Source: Myxococcota bacterium (GTDB lineage Bacteria; Myxococcota_A; Polyangia; Polyangiales; JANWZI01). Taken from it: a stretch of 64,000 bases of DNA. This document shows positions 1-12,005 of this stretch, one piece after another. Within the stretch, counting starts at the first letter, position 1, and every line of letters begins with the position of its first letter. The DNA lies in the NCBI GenBank assembly GCA_025054695.1, contig JANWZI010000010.1, positions 592 through 64,591 on the forward strand. Direction: 5' to 3'. Position numbers and translations under genes: made by a program. Under the pieces are notes generated by a model, which had not been told where the DNA came from, searched no databases, and saw only the letters and a list, made by a program, of their open reading frames with translations.

Positions 1-598
1 CGACGTCGTCGAAGTGTCGATCATGGAAATAGAAGCCCTCGACGAGTGCGCGCTCGCGCGGGTCGAGCCTTCCGACCGCGTCGTGCAGCCGACGCGCGGC
101 CTCCCGCTCCGCGACGATATCGTCCGGTTGTCGCGAGCGGGTCGCTTCGTCGTCCTGTCCGAGCGCCGAGAGCACGTACGCGGCCGTCAGGCGTCCCAGC
201 GTCGCGTCGAGGGCCGCGGCGGTCTCCTCGATGCCGCGCGCCCCCGGCGGGGCGGCGGCGCGCGTCTGCGCCGCCTCCTCGAGCACGGTGGTGGCCGACT
301 CGGCGATTCGGCGACGCGCGTGGACGTGGGCGGGCAGGCGCGCCATCTGCCGCACGCCGTCGATGATGGCGCCGCGGATGCGGTAATAAGCGAAGGTTCG
401 GAACTGAACGTTGCGGCTCGGGTCAAAGCGCCGATGGGCCTCGAGTAATCCCGACAAGCCGTACGCGACCAGGTCGTCGAGCTCGGTGGCCAGATCGAGC
501 TCGGCCATCAGCTTGCGCGCGATCGCCTCGACGAACCCCCGGTGCTGTTCGACGACTCGCCCCTCGTCGGACACGTCGCGTACCGCTATCACGTCCAC
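1..598 (-). CDS. RNA polymerase sigma factor, sigma-70 family (group-3, FliA/WhiG-like); 3' end cut by the window edge
   Basis: Absent from the ORF track because it runs off the left edge. My manual minus-strand translation from GTG 598 (alternative 592) reads VDVIAVRDVSDEGRVVEQHRGFVEAIARKLM...GLLEAHRRFDPSRNVQFRTFAYYRIRGAIIDGVRQMARLP (region 2 signature), then ...RERALVEGFYFHDRHFDDV (start of region 4). Confidence 0.6.
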   Translation of the reverse strand, partial: MDVIAVRDVSDEGRVVEQHRGFVEAIARKLMAELDLATELDDLVAYGLSGLLEAHRRFDPSRNVQFRTFAYYRIRGAIIDGVRQMARLPAHVHARRRIAESATTVLEEAAQTRAAAPPGARGIEETAAALDATLGRLTAAYVLSALGQDDEATRSRQPDDIVAEREAARRLHDAVGRLDPRERALVEGFYFHDRHFDDV

Positions 599-780
599 CC
601 CGCGAGCGCCATGGTCACGCAGCCGGCTGGAGCCCGGATGCGCTATTGACCGGGTGCCGGCCACGGTGTTATGGACGGCGGGCTCGAAGGCCACTGCGGC
701 GTTGCGGCGGATGCGGGCGGGTCGTGGCCGCGGCCGTCGGCGGCGGTGTGGGCCGGGGAGCCGGAACGAGGTGGCGGCCG

Positions 781-2265
781 ATGCGGCTCAAGATCATCGC
801 TGGCAATCTCGTCGCGCTGTTGCTCGTGGGCCTCGGCTCGTACTTCGTCGTGCGGGCGCAGCTTTCGAGTCGTCTCGAGGCGGACGTCGACGCCGAGATC
901 GCCAACGACGGGGTGTTGTTCGACCGATCGTGGCGGCTTTCGGGACGGGAGTTCCTCGAGCGCGTGGTCGCCCAGTCGATGACCCAGCAGGTGCGCGACG
1001 CGTTCGGGGGTCTGGACGACGATAGTCGGCGGCGCCGGGCCCATGAGGCCTCCAACGCCGTGGCCGAATGGTTTCGCAGCTCGGGTCAGGTGCGCGAGGG
1101 GGCGCCCGACGTCGTGCTGGTGACGGACGAGACGGGACGCGTGCTGGCGCGCAACCAGGATCCCAATCGAATGGTCGGTCATGCCCTGGGGGCCGAGCTG
1201 GGCGCGGTTCGCGACGTGCTCGCCGACGGCGTGCCGCGGCACGATGCGTGGGCGTACCGCGCGGAGGACAAGGTGCTCGAGGTCGGCATCGCCCCCATAC
1301 GCAATGCGCAGGGAGGGATCATCGGGGCACTCGTCGTGGCCTATGACCTGTCCAACGGGATCGCGCAGTCGGAGGGACGGCTCCTGGGTCGCGACGTCGC
1401 GTTCGTCACGGCGGACAAGGTCTACTCCGGGTCGATGTCACAGGACGTCAAGGCCGCCTTGCAGGCATTCCTGTTCGGTGAGAGGGCGGGACAGACGCGA
1501 GCCGTACTCGAGTCGGCTACGGTCGATCGTTGGGCGGCGCGACTGGGTGGCGCCGATTTCGTCGGAGTCACCGGAAGACTGCCTCTGTCCCCGAGCACGC
1601 CCGTGGGCTACGTCGTCCTCGCCAACAAGACGGCTGCGATGGATCTTGCGGGAAGCACGGCATCCATCCTTCTGTTTTTGATCGTCGGTGTCATCATCAC
1701 GGTCGCCTACGGCTTCTTCGTCGGGGGCGCGTGGGTTCGAGCGCTCGAGGAGATCGAGGAAGGTGTCCTTGCGGTGATCAACGGCAAGACCGAGACCCGT
1801 ATCGCCCTCGAGGGTGGCGAGCTGGGAGGCCTCGCGTATCGAATCAACCAGCTCATCAACGTGTTCACGGGCGTCTCGGAGTCGGACGAAGGAGGCGAGG
1901 GAGGCGGCACGGCATGGCGCGATGCCCCGTTCGCTGAGGGGGGAGCGGGCGGGGGTACGGCTCCCGCGGCGGTGGGGAGCAGCAGTGCGCCCTCGAGCGC
2001 AGAGCCCATCGACGACCCTGCCGTCGCGGCCAAGCTCGCCGCCGAGCCCGAAGACGCCTATTACGCGCGACTGTACCGCGAGTACGTCGCGGCCAAGCAG
2101 GCGGCAGGCGAGAACGTGGCTGGCATTCCCCAAGACCGCTTCGTTGCGCGCATACGCGGCAACGCCGAGGCGCTCGCCAAGAAGCACGGTGTGGCGGCGG
2201 TGCGTTTCCAGGTCGAGTCCGCGGGTGGCCAGGTGAGTCTGCGTCCGGTGCTGATCCGTCAGTAA
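781..2265 (+). CDS. Membrane sensor-like protein: N-terminal TM, periplasmic domain, second TM, HAMP-like segment and a C-terminal domain resembling the MXAN_5187-type domain
   Basis: Lies in ORF 646..2265. I chose ATG 781 (MRLKIIAGNLVALLLVGLGSYFVV), which has GAGGTGG upstream. A second TM reads ILLFLIVGVIITVAYGFFVGG. The C-terminus reads YYARLYREYVAAKQAAGE...VRFQVESAGGQVSLRPVLI. The domain name is from memory, not from a search. Confidence 0.6.
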   Translation: MRLKIIAGNLVALLLVGLGSYFVVRAQLSSRLEADVDAEIANDGVLFDRSWRLSGREFLERVVAQSMTQQVRDAFGGLDDDSRRRRAHEASNAVAEWFRSSGQVREGAPDVVLVTDETGRVLARNQDPNRMVGHALGAELGAVRDVLADGVPRHDAWAYRAEDKVLEVGIAPIRNAQGGIIGALVVAYDLSNGIAQSEGRLLGRDVAFVTADKVYSGSMSQDVKAALQAFLFGERAGQTRAVLESATVDRWAARLGGADFVGVTGRLPLSPSTPVGYVVLANKTAAMDLAGSTASILLFLIVGVIITVAYGFFVGGAWVRALEEIEEGVLAVINGKTETRIALEGGELGGLAYRINQLINVFTGVSESDEGGEGGGTAWRDAPFAEGGAGGGTAPAAVGSSSAPSSAEPIDDPAVAAKLAAEPEDAYYARLYREYVAAKQAAGENVAGIPQDRFVARIRGNAEALAKKHGVAAVRFQVESAGGQVSLRPVLIRQ

Positions 2266-2310
2266 TTCCCGCGACGGCGGTCGGGGGGAGCGATCAGGGC
2301 TCTGACGTCA

Positions 2311-2438
2311 GTCACAGCGGTTGACGTAACCAAGGGGCGTTGCGAGACCGAGACCGAGCTCGACTCCGAGACGGAGACCGAGACCGCGTTCGAGTACGAG
2401 CTGCAACCGCCGTCGATCAACCTGGCCCCCGCTGTGAC
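2311..2438. repeat. Hexamer-repeat element, copy 1: (GAGNCC)x10 core at 2344-2403 bracketed by an imperfect inverted repeat
   Basis: Units read gagacc gagacc gagctc gactcc gagacg gagacc gagacc... GTCACAGCGG (2311-2320) is the exact reverse complement of CCGCTGTGAC (2429-2438). The element is intergenic, between convergent genes. A degenerate tract in the opposite orientation continues at about 2490-2642. Confidence 0.85.
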
Positions 2439-2702
2439 CTCCGCGGTCGGATTGTTCGATGCAGGCTCCTGAACGCGATCGGTGTCGAATACCGTCTTGC
2501 TCTTCGGACTCGAACAACCCCTCGGCACTGGCAGCCGGAGCGCTCGGCACTGTGGCTTTGGCTCGGACGTCGGTGGGGGATCGGTGCCGCGACGGAGTCA
2601 CGCCCGACCGGCGCAACGGCCTTGGGCTCGAGCTCGGACGCCCCCCAAGGCGCGATCCTCAGGCGCCGTAGTACGCCCGGTCGAGTGCACCGAGGTCCGC
2701 CG

Positions 2703-3098
2703 TCAAGTGGCGACGAAGTCCTTCTCCTGTCGCTCCTGATCTTCTTTGCACCGGATGCAAAGCGTCGTTTCCGGGCGCGCCTCGAGCCGCTTGACGTGGA
2801 TATCTTCTCCGCAGGATTCGCAGATCCCGAAGGTTCCATCCTCGATCCGCTTGAGGGCCTTGTCGATCTTGGCGAGCAACCCCCGCTCGCGCCCACGCAG
2901 CCGAAACTCGAACGACTGGATGTACTCGCTCGACGCCAGGTCCATCTCGTCGGGAAGGTCGTTGGTGTCCAGCGTCATCGTTTCCTCGTTGAGCATCTCG
3001 CGCGCCCGTGCCAGCACTTCGGCTCGTCGCTCCTCGAGGATCTTCTTGAACCGCTTGAGGTCGGACTTCTTGATGGGCTCGCTCTTCTTGGTCGGCAT
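2703..3098 (-). CDS. dksA: DksA/TraR-family C4 zinc-finger transcription factor
   Basis: This is the 131-aa C-terminal part of ORF 2703..3818, starting at MPTKKSEP (ATG 3098). It has a coiled-coil region and CESCGEDIHVKRLEARPETTLCIRC. Confidence 0.85.
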   Translation of the reverse strand: MPTKKSEPIKKSDLKRFKKILEERRAEVLARAREMLNEETMTLDTNDLPDEMDLASSEYIQSFEFRLRGRERGLLAKIDKALKRIEDGTFGICESCGEDIHVKRLEARPETTLCIRCKEDQERQEKDFVAT

Positions 3099-3157
3099 CG
3101 AGGACTCCCGGAAACGACCAGCGGGAAGCCCAACAATGGAGGAGCGCGTCAACGTCG

Positions 3158-3952
3158 TCAAGAGCGTCGCGCACCCCGATGTGGCGCGCCGGGCGCCGCG
3201 TCGGAAGACGATTCGTTCCCGGCCGTCCGGTGCATCTCGGAGAGGAGTCGGAGGGCCGCGAGCGGGTCCAGGGGGAGCGTCCAGGGGCCGGATCGCGTGG
3301 GCGCTGCGAGCGCCTGGCCCAGGGCCTGCAAAAACCGGGGACGCGGCCATGGTTCCGCGCCGAATCGCGCCAGATGCTCGGTCGGGACCTGACAGTCGAC
3401 GAGGGAAAATCCCCAGTGCAGCAGATTGCCGACGAGCGTGACGAAAGCGACCTTGGAGGCGTCCGGCTCCAGGCTGAACATCGATTCCCCGAAAAAGACA
3501 CGGCCGAGGGACAGACCGTACAGGCCTCCGACGAGGCGGCCGCGTGACCACGCCTCGACGCTGTGCGCCAGACCGGCGCGGTGCAGCTCCAGGAACCCCA
3601 GACGCAACGATGTCGAGATCCACGTGCCCTGCTGCCCGGGACGTCGGACGGTCGCGCATCCGGCGATGACGCGATCGAACGCGGTGTCGGCACGCACCTC
3701 GAATCTCCCACGCCGAATGGTGCGCGCGAGCGAGCGGGAGACGTGCACGCGTTCGGGCACGAGCACGAATCGCGGGTCGGGCGAGAACCACAGCAGCTCC
3801 GCTCCCCGCGCGGGCCACGGAAAGATGCCGCTCGCGTACGCGAGGATCAGGCGCTCGGGCCTGAAATCTCCGCCGATGGCGACGAGGCCTTCCGGTCCGC
3901 CCGCGTCGGCGGGCGGGAAGCGCAGCTCCGGCCCGAGCCGGTAGACGGGCAC
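3158..3952 (-). CDS. aat: Leucyl/phenylalanyl-tRNA--protein transferase
   Basis: 264-aa ORF carrying GIFPWP, GGLYGLSLGRVFFGESMF and VDCQ motifs typical of Aat. It lies directly downstream of clpA. Confidence 0.85.
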   Translation of the reverse strand: MPVYRLGPELRFPPADAGGPEGLVAIGGDFRPERLILAYASGIFPWPARGAELLWFSPDPRFVLVPERVHVSRSLARTIRRGRFEVRADTAFDRVIAGCATVRRPGQQGTWISTSLRLGFLELHRAGLAHSVEAWSRGRLVGGLYGLSLGRVFFGESMFSLEPDASKVAFVTLVGNLLHWGFSLVDCQVPTEHLARFGAEPWPRPRFLQALGQALAAPTRSGPWTLPLDPLAALRLLSEMHRTAGNESSSDAAPGAPHRGARRS

Positions 3953-3956
3953 GCCT

Positions 3957-6239
<2,283 letters not shown>

Positions 6240-6250
6240 GGCTCGCTCTG

Positions 6251-6589
6251 CTAGCTTCGGTCGTCCGGCTCCATCGTCAAGAGCAGGGGGAACTCCTGCT
6301 CGCGCGCCAGACGGTGGACCGTCGCGATCTTGGTCTCGGCCACCTCGCGCGTGTAGACGCCCGCGACGCCCACCCCGTGGTTGTGGACCTGCAGCGTGAG
6401 CGTCCAGGCGTCCGTGTCGGACTTGTGGAAGACGGTCTTGAGGATCGCCACGACGAACTCGTGCGTGGTGTAGTCGTCGTTGTGGATGAGCACGCGGTAC
6501 ATTCGCGGTCGCTCGAGCCGCGTCGTCCGCTCCGGCTCGAGCACCGTCGCGTCACCGTCCTCGGGACGTGGCCTCGTTCGCTCCGCCAT
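6251..6589 (-). CDS. clpS: ATP-dependent Clp protease adaptor ClpS
   Basis: Contains MYRVLIHNDDYTTHEFVVAILKTVF...HNHGVGVAGVYTREVAETK. The start is uncertain: ATG 6589 overlaps the upstream ORF by 38 nt, and GTG 6544 is an alternative. Confidence 0.88.
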   Translation of the reverse strand: MAERTRPRPEDGDATVLEPERTTRLERPRMYRVLIHNDDYTTHEFVVAILKTVFHKSDTDAWTLTLQVHNHGVGVAGVYTREVAETKIATVHRLAREQEFPLLLTMEPDDRS

Positions 6590-7016
6590 CGGATGCCTCC
6601 AGCCGCCCGCGCGCGCGCTCGAGCACGCGGGCCAGATCGTACGCTCCGAGCGAAGCGTAGCAGGGCTCGAGCGGAAGGCAGCCGCCGCCGTGCAGCCACA
6701 GTCGGACGGTCAGTCGCTCCTCGTCGACCTCGATCGCGCGCAGCTCGGCCCAGCGAACCCGTTCGCGGCGCTCCCCGCGCGCGAGGACGATTCCGTCGGC
6801 GTCGACCTCGAGCCACGACGTCGAGGCGTGCCGGCGCAGGGCCCGCGCGAGCAGCGCGACCCCGCCGACGATGGCACCCGCGGCGCACAGGGCGACGGGC
6901 CACGGGGGCGGACCGATCCAGAGCGTCGCCGCGCCGCCAACCGCCGACAGGGCCCCGCACGCGATGCCCCAGGCTTGCTCGCCTCGTCGCGTCGGAGGAT
7001 CGGCGTCCAAGCGCAC
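6552..7016 (-). CDS. Hypothetical membrane protein (two predicted TM helices plus a small soluble domain)
   Basis: 154-aa ORF with a GTG start 6 nt after the hemB stop. Hydrophobic stretches are WGIACGALSAVGGAATLWI and VALCAAGAIVGGVALLA. I recognise no family. Confidence 0.5.
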   Translation of the reverse strand: MRLDADPPTRRGEQAWGIACGALSAVGGAATLWIGPPPWPVALCAAGAIVGGVALLARALRRHASTSWLEVDADGIVLARGERRERVRWAELRAIEVDEERLTVRLWLHGGGCLPLEPCYASLGAYDLARVLERARGRLEASDGGANEATSRGR

Positions 7017-7022
7017 GGGGGC

Positions 7023-8006
7023 TCAGCCCGCCAGCAGACGCGCGGCCACCGTCGCGTGGTACGTGACGACGAGATCCGCGCCGGCCCGACGAACACAGGT
7101 GAGCATCTCGAGCAGCACGCGGTCGCGCTCGATCCAGCCGGCTGCCGCGGCCGCCTCGATCATTGCGTACTCGCCGCTGACGCAGTACGCGGCCACCGGC
7201 ACGTCCACCGCCGCGCGCACCGCCGCGACCACATCCAGGTAGCCGAGCGCCGGCTTGACCATCACCGCGTCGGCGCCCTCGGCGACGTCGAGTCGCACTT
7301 CCCGCATCGCCTCGCGTCCGTTGGCCGGATCCATCTGATAGGTGCGCCGGTCGGGTGGCCCGTGGCGCGGCGCGCTGTCGGCGGCATCGCGGAACGGACC
7401 GTACAGGGCGCTCGCGTACTTGACCGCGTACGACAGGATCGCCACGTCGGTGAACCCCTCGGCGTCGAGCGCGCGCCGGATGGCGGCGACGCGGCCGTCC
7501 ATCATGTCGCTCGGAGCGACGAGGTCGGCGCCCGCGCGCGCGTGGCACAGCGCCTCGCGCTGCAGTCGCTCGACCGTGGCGTCGTTGTCGACGTCAAGCC
7601 GTCCGTCGCGTCGCGGCGCGAGCCAGCCACAGTGACCGTGATCGGTGTACTCGCACAGACACACGTCCGTGGCCACGACGAGCGAGGGAAGGGCGTCCTT
7701 GAGCGCGGCGACGGCCCGCGGGACCGGCCCATTCGCATCCCAACCGGAGCTGCCCTCCGCGTCCTTGTGCTCGGGGACGCCGAACAGCAGCACGGCGCGC
7801 ACGCCGGCCGCCGCCGCCTCGCGCGCCTCGCGGAGCGCCTCGTCGACGCTCGTCTGCGCGACGCCCGGCATCGAGGCGATCGGCCGGCGGACGCCGTGGC
7901 CGGGCACGACGAACAACGGCAGCACCAGCTGGTCGGGCCGCACGACGGTCTCGCGCACCATCGCGCGAAGGGCCTCGGTTCGACGCCATCGACGCGGGCG
8001 GATCAC
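7023..8006 (-). CDS. hemB: Porphobilinogen synthase (delta-aminolevulinate dehydratase), Zn-type
   Basis: This is the C-terminal 327 aa of ORF 7023..8801. I chose GTG 8006 ([19 protein letters not shown]), which overlaps the cobA/hemD stop as GTGA. Motifs are [14 protein letters not shown] and VMVKPA. Confidence 0.9.
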   Translation of the reverse strand: MIRPRRWRRTEALRAMVRETVVRPDQLVLPLFVVPGHGVRRPIASMPGVAQTSVDEALREAREAAAAGVRAVLLFGVPEHKDAEGSSGWDANGPVPRAVAALKDALPSLVVATDVCLCEYTDHGHCGWLAPRRDGRLDVDNDATVERLQREALCHARAGADLVAPSDMMDGRVAAIRRALDAEGFTDVAILSYAVKYASALYGPFRDAADSAPRHGPPDRRTYQMDPANGREAMREVRLDVAEGADAVMVKPALGYLDVVAAVRAAVDVPVAAYCVSGEYAMIEAAAAAGWIERDRVLLEMLTCVRRAGADLVVTYHATVAARLLAG

Positions 8007-9547
8007 GGCGGCTGCCCGTAGCGCAGCCGTCGCAGCGCGTCGAGCAGGCCGTCCGCCGTGTGGGGATCGGCGGTCGCGTCGACGCGGATGCCCGACCGGA
8101 GGGCGCGATCCGTGGTGACCGGACCGATGGACACGACGCGTAGGGGCGCGAGCAAGCTCGCCGCGTCGGGGCCGAGCGCCTGCACCGTGTGCTGCACGGT
8201 CGAGGACGCGGTGAACAGCACGGCGTCGAGGGCGCCTCCCGACAGCAGCGCGCGCAGGCGGGCCGCGGCGGCTTCGTCCGGCGGCAGGCTGCGGTAGGCG
8301 TGGACGACGTCCACCTCGGCACCCGCCGCCCGCAGCGCTTCCGGCAGAACGTCGCGCGCGACGGCAGCCCGCGGAACGAGCACCCTGGCGCCGCACATCG
8401 AGCCCGTTTGCACGAGCGCCTCCGCGAGCGCCTCGCCGACGTGCTTCGGGGCGACGAGATCCGCTCGCAGCCGCTGCGCTTCGAGCGCCGCAGCGGTGCC
8501 CGGTCCGATGACCGCCAGTCGCGCGTGCCCGAGGCGGCGGGCGTCGGCTCCCTGCCGCGCGAGCTCCGCGAAGAAGCGCTCGACGCCATTGCGGCTCGTG
8601 AAGACGATCCAGTCGTATCGCGCGACGTTTGCGACGGCGCGCTCGAGCGGAGCGGGATCCTGCGGCGGTGCGATGCGGATGGCGGGCCACTCGATGGGCT
8701 CGGCGCCCGCGTCGCGCAGCGCGCGCACGAGCGATTCGGTCTGGCCCTCGGGGCGCGTGACCAGCACGCGCCAGCCGAACAGGGGCAGCCGTTCGTACCA
8801 CGCGATGTGCTCGCGCAGACGCACCACCTCGCCGACGAGGACGAGCGCGGGGGTCCGGAGATCGGCCTGCGCGGTCCGCTCCGCCACGTCGCCCAGCGTG
8901 GCGACGAGCACGCGCTGCGCCGGCAGCGTCCCCTGGGAGATGACCGCCACCGGCGTCGAGGCGGGGCGCCCGTGCTCGACGAGGCGGCGCGCGGTCTGTT
9001 CGAGCCGACCGAGGCCCATGAACAGCACGATCGTATCGGTCGCCGTCGCCAGCCGCGCCCAGTCGTGCGCCGAGCCGTCGCGTTCCGCCGATTCGGTTGC
9101 GGCGACGACGGCGAACGACGCGCTCAGCGTGCGATGGGTCGGTGAGATGCCCGCGTACGCGGGCACCGCGGTCAGCGAAGAGACGCCCGGGACGACCTCG
9201 AACGGGATACCTGCGGCGGCCAGCGCCTCGGCCTCCTCGGAGCCCCTGCCGAACAGGAACGGATCACCGCCCTTGAGCCGCACGACGCGCAGGCCGCGCC
9301 GCGCGGCCTCGATGAGCGCGTCGTGGATCGCCTGCTGCCGGATCGACGGTTGCCCGGCTCGCTTGCCCGCGAAGCGAATCTCGGCTCCGGGTCGCGCGCG
9401 CGCGAGCAATGCCGGGTGCACCAGCGCGTCGTGAACGACCACGTCGGCCTCGGCGAGCCGCCGCAGGCCACGCTCGGTGATGAGCTCGGGGTCGCCGGGT
9501 CCCGCGCCGACCAGAGAGACGAATCCGAGGGGCAACGTTCCGAGCAT
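8003..9547 (-). CDS. cobA: Fusion of uroporphyrinogen-III C-methyltransferase and uroporphyrinogen-III synthase
   Basis: 514 aa. The N-terminus has [12 protein letters not shown]...[15 protein letters not shown] (SAM methylase), and the C-terminal half is HemD-like. Confidence 0.88.
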   Translation of the reverse strand: MLGTLPLGFVSLVGAGPGDPELITERGLRRLAEADVVVHDALVHPALLARARPGAEIRFAGKRAGQPSIRQQAIHDALIEAARRGLRVVRLKGGDPFLFGRGSEEAEALAAAGIPFEVVPGVSSLTAVPAYAGISPTHRTLSASFAVVAATESAERDGSAHDWARLATATDTIVLFMGLGRLEQTARRLVEHGRPASTPVAVISQGTLPAQRVLVATLGDVAERTAQADLRTPALVLVGEVVRLREHIAWYERLPLFGWRVLVTRPEGQTESLVRALRDAGAEPIEWPAIRIAPPQDPAPLERAVANVARYDWIVFTSRNGVERFFAELARQGADARRLGHARLAVIGPGTAAALEAQRLRADLVAPKHVGEALAEALVQTGSMCGARVLVPRAAVARDVLPEALRAAGAEVDVVHAYRSLPPDEAAAARLRALLSGGALDAVLFTASSTVQHTVQALGPDAASLLAPLRVVSIGPVTTDRALRSGIRVDATADPHTADGLLDALRRLRYGQPP

Positions 9548-9614
9548 AGCGTCCCGCAGGCAGCCGTCGCTCCGAATGGATACCGGGACGCCCGAAGCGC
9601 CTCGTGGCGCCTGC

Positions 9615-9725
9615 GCGTGTCTCGGGTGCGCGCTGCCGTCCGAGTGTCCGATTCGATCTCGGGTTCGGTTGCGGGGACCCGTCTCGGTCTCGCGATCGCG
9701 TTGTCGGATCGGCCCGAACCGTCAA
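9615..9725. repeat. Degenerate short copy of the hexamer-repeat element
   Basis: Sequence reads gtgtctcggg...gtccgagtgtccgattcgatctcgggttcgg...cgtctcggtctcgcg. It ends in GTCAA (reverse complement TTGAC) overlapping the stop codon of the 9722 gene. It is intergenic. Confidence 0.4.
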
Positions 9726-10336
9726 GGTTGCGTCGACGCGTCGCGCGAGCGCACGTACTCGAGGAAGTCGCGCACGTCGCGGCGCAGGCGCTCCTCGGCT
9801 TCGCGCGGGCCGACCGAGCCCATCCGGACGCGCTCGGGATCCGGATCGTAACGGTAGCTGGATTCGTCCAGGACGAGCACCTGGGCCCGCGCATCGTCGC
9901 GTGCGCCGGCGAGGATGCGCAGTGCGCCCGTCCGATCGGGTCGTGGAATCAGCTCTCCCCACTCGGCCCGATCCTGCGCGGTGACCCATTCGATCCCGAA
10001 GTGCGTCCCTTCGAGGCGAAGGTCCACCTCGAAGCGTCGCTCGGGATCCTGCGCGCCGATGTCGATGGCCCACCCCGCAGAGCACGCGACGCCCTGCTCC
10101 GAAGCCACCTCGCGTGCCAGCGCGAGCGCGGGACCCTCCCCGAGCACCCGCAGATCCTCTTCGCGTGCGATGCGCGGCGGGGGTGGCTGACCGCATGCCA
10201 GCGCGAAGAGGGCGGCGACCGACGCCCACAGCAGCGTCGAGCGCACCGCGATGCCGGCGCGCCGCGCGGAGCGTCGACGGACCCGAGGGTCGTTCGGGCC
10301 GAGGGTCGCGGTCCGCTGACGCTCATGCGCATGCAT
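9722..10336 (-). CDS. Hypothetical lipoprotein
   Basis: 204-aa ORF with signal and lipobox LLWASVAALFALAC. The true start is probably internal to the listed ORF. Confidence 0.6.
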   Translation of the reverse strand: MHAHERQRTATLGPNDPRVRRRSARRAGIAVRSTLLWASVAALFALACGQPPPPRIAREEDLRVLGEGPALALAREVASEQGVACSAGWAIDIGAQDPERRFEVDLRLEGTHFGIEWVTAQDRAEWGELIPRPDRTGALRILAGARDDARAQVLVLDESSYRYDPDPERVRMGSVGPREAEERLRRDVRDFLEYVRSRDASTQP

Positions 10337-10390
10337 CGCGCCGCGATCTCCCCATCACGGTCGCGTTGGGTCAAGTGGCACGTCGGGGGC

Positions 10391-10534
10391 GGCCTCGGGC
10401 TCGGCATCGGAATCGACCTCGGCCTCGGACTGGGTCTCGGTCTCGGAATCGAACTCGGACTCTGATTCGGACTCGGCCTCGGACTCGGGCTCCGTCTCGG
10501 CGTTGGCCTCGGTCTTGTTTTCGGGCTCTCGGCC
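10391..10534. repeat. Hexamer-repeat array (complement orientation, CTCGGN units)
   Basis: Sequence reads ggcctc gggctc ggcatc ggaatc gacctc ggcctc ggactg ggtctc ggtctc ggaatc... It is intergenic, with a flank CTTGGTT (reverse complement AACCAAG) at 10542-10548. Confidence 0.85.
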
Positions 10535-10591
10535 TTGCGCTCTTGGTTCCTCAGACTTCGCCCTGCGAATTGCGCTCTGCGACGGCCTCGG

Positions 10592-11191
10592 TCAATCGAG
10601 ATAGATCGGATAGCGCACCACCATCGGAGGACCATCGAACGACCGCCACCGCAACGATCGAACCGTCGCGCGCAGGCATTCACCGGCCTCGCCCCTGACG
10701 ACCGCGGCTGGGCCGCTCAGATTCACCCGCGAGACCGAGCCGGAGGGCTCGATGCGCATCCCGAGAATGAGCTCGCCGTGCACGGGCTCGTCACCGGCCG
10801 CGAGCACAAGACAGCGCCGGATGCGACCAAAGGAGGTGTCGACCACGCGATCGATCTCGTCGGTCGTGAGCTGTTCCTCTCCGCTGCTGGCGCCGAGGTC
10901 GAGGCTGCGAGCTTCCTGCTCGCCGAGGTCGTCCCCCGTGGACGCCGGCCCGTCGCGCGAGGTCGGCCTGGCCGCCGCCGTCGTCGCCGGCCGCGTTGCA
11001 CCGCGGACGTGGCGCCGGCGTCGTTTCCGGCTCGGCAGTTCCTCGGCGCCGGCGTCGGGAGTCGAGGTCGTCGTCGGCGCCGTCGTCGCCGCTTCGGGAG
11101 AGCTCCGGTCCTCTCTCCAGAGCATCCCGATCGCGATGCCACCGACCCACAGCAAGCTTGAGACCGCGAACCCGGCGACGAAGCCGCGCAT
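10592..11191 (-). CDS. Membrane-anchored protein with an AgmX/PglI-like (TonB-C-like) C-terminal domain
   Basis: 199 aa with an N-terminal TM (FAVSSLLWVGGIAIGMLW) and a low-complexity linker. The C-terminus reads IDRVVDTSFGRIRRCL...VHGELILGMRIEPSGSVSRVNL...ECLRATVRSLRWRSFDGPPMVVRYPIYLD. Confidence 0.6.
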   Translation of the reverse strand: MRGFVAGFAVSSLLWVGGIAIGMLWREDRSSPEAATTAPTTTSTPDAGAEELPSRKRRRRHVRGATRPATTAAARPTSRDGPASTGDDLGEQEARSLDLGASSGEEQLTTDEIDRVVDTSFGRIRRCLVLAAGDEPVHGELILGMRIEPSGSVSRVNLSGPAAVVRGEAGECLRATVRSLRWRSFDGPPMVVRYPIYLD

Positions 11192-11333
11192 CGGCCTTCA
11201 TATACCCCCAGGCGCCCGGCCGGTGGGCAGCAGCTACACGGCCCGCCGCCGTATCCGGTCGTCGGGTCCGTGCTGTGCATGGGCTCGGAGACGTTGGCCA
11301 CGGCCGAGTTCCTCATGCTAGCGTGCGCGCGCC

Positions 11334-12005
11334 GTGCGCCACGCATTGTTCGCCGGTTTGCTCCTCGCGACGGCCGTGCCGAACGTAGACGCGCAGCCCG
11401 AGGACGCGGAAACCCCGTGGTCGACGCGACGCTCGACGCAGGTCGATCCGTTCGAGCCCTTGGCGCCGCCGGAACCGGCGCGGATCGTCGTGCAGGTCGG
11501 GCTCGGCACCTCGTTGCGGCCCGTTCAGAACGTGGATTTCGAGTTCTCGCAGGGACTGTTCGCGCCGGGGTTCCTCGACGGGCACGTCGCGTACGTGCTG
11601 CCGACGGCGGCTGCATGGCGGCACGGATTCGGGGTCGACATCTCTGTGGGGTTGACGGGCGACGGCAACGTGCTGACCGGTGTCGACGGACTCGTCGAGA
11701 TTCTCACCGGGCAGGCGGTCCAGCCCCCCAACGGCCCACAGATGTCGATCGCGCCGACGTACCGTCTCTATCGGAGGCTCGAGGAGGACTGGGTCCTCGG
11801 CGCTAGAGCGGCCATGCCCGTGAACGTCACGCCGAATCTGTCGCCGGGACTTGAGCTGTCCGGGCAGGTCGCTCGAATGCTCACCGCGGGGCTCGGACCG
11901 TACGCGGAGTTGGGCGCCTCGGCGTGGCTGGGCTCGAGCGGGACGGTGCATCCCCTGCTCAGCGTGGAAGTCGGTCTGTTGCTCGATTACGAGGTGTTGC
12001 CGTGA
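11334..12005 (+). CDS. Secreted hypothetical protein (possibly an outer-membrane beta-barrel)
   Basis: GTG start with signal peptide MRHALFAGLLLATAVPNVDAQ. It is rich in alternating Gly and hydrophobic residues. Its stop overlaps the next start. Confidence 0.55.
   Translation: MRHALFAGLLLATAVPNVDAQPEDAETPWSTRRSTQVDPFEPLAPPEPARIVVQVGLGTSLRPVQNVDFEFSQGLFAPGFLDGHVAYVLPTAAAWRHGFGVDISVGLTGDGNVLTGVDGLVEILTGQAVQPPNGPQMSIAPTYRLYRRLEEDWVLGARAAMPVNVTPNLSPGLELSGQVARMLTAGLGPYAELGASAWLGSSGTVHPLLSVEVGLLLDYEVLP

Noticed and set aside
14-448. Plus-strand ORFs 14..448 and 411..1025 at the left edge.
   Set aside because: The opposite strand encodes a convincing sigma-70 family protein with region 2 and region 4 signatures. 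The plus-strand translations have no motifs.
9548-9721. A cobalamin riboswitch upstream of the cobA/hemD fusion.
   Set aside because: I could not find a B12-box-like consensus on the minus strand. The region instead looks like a degenerate hexamer-repeat copy. An Rfam scan would be needed to be sure.
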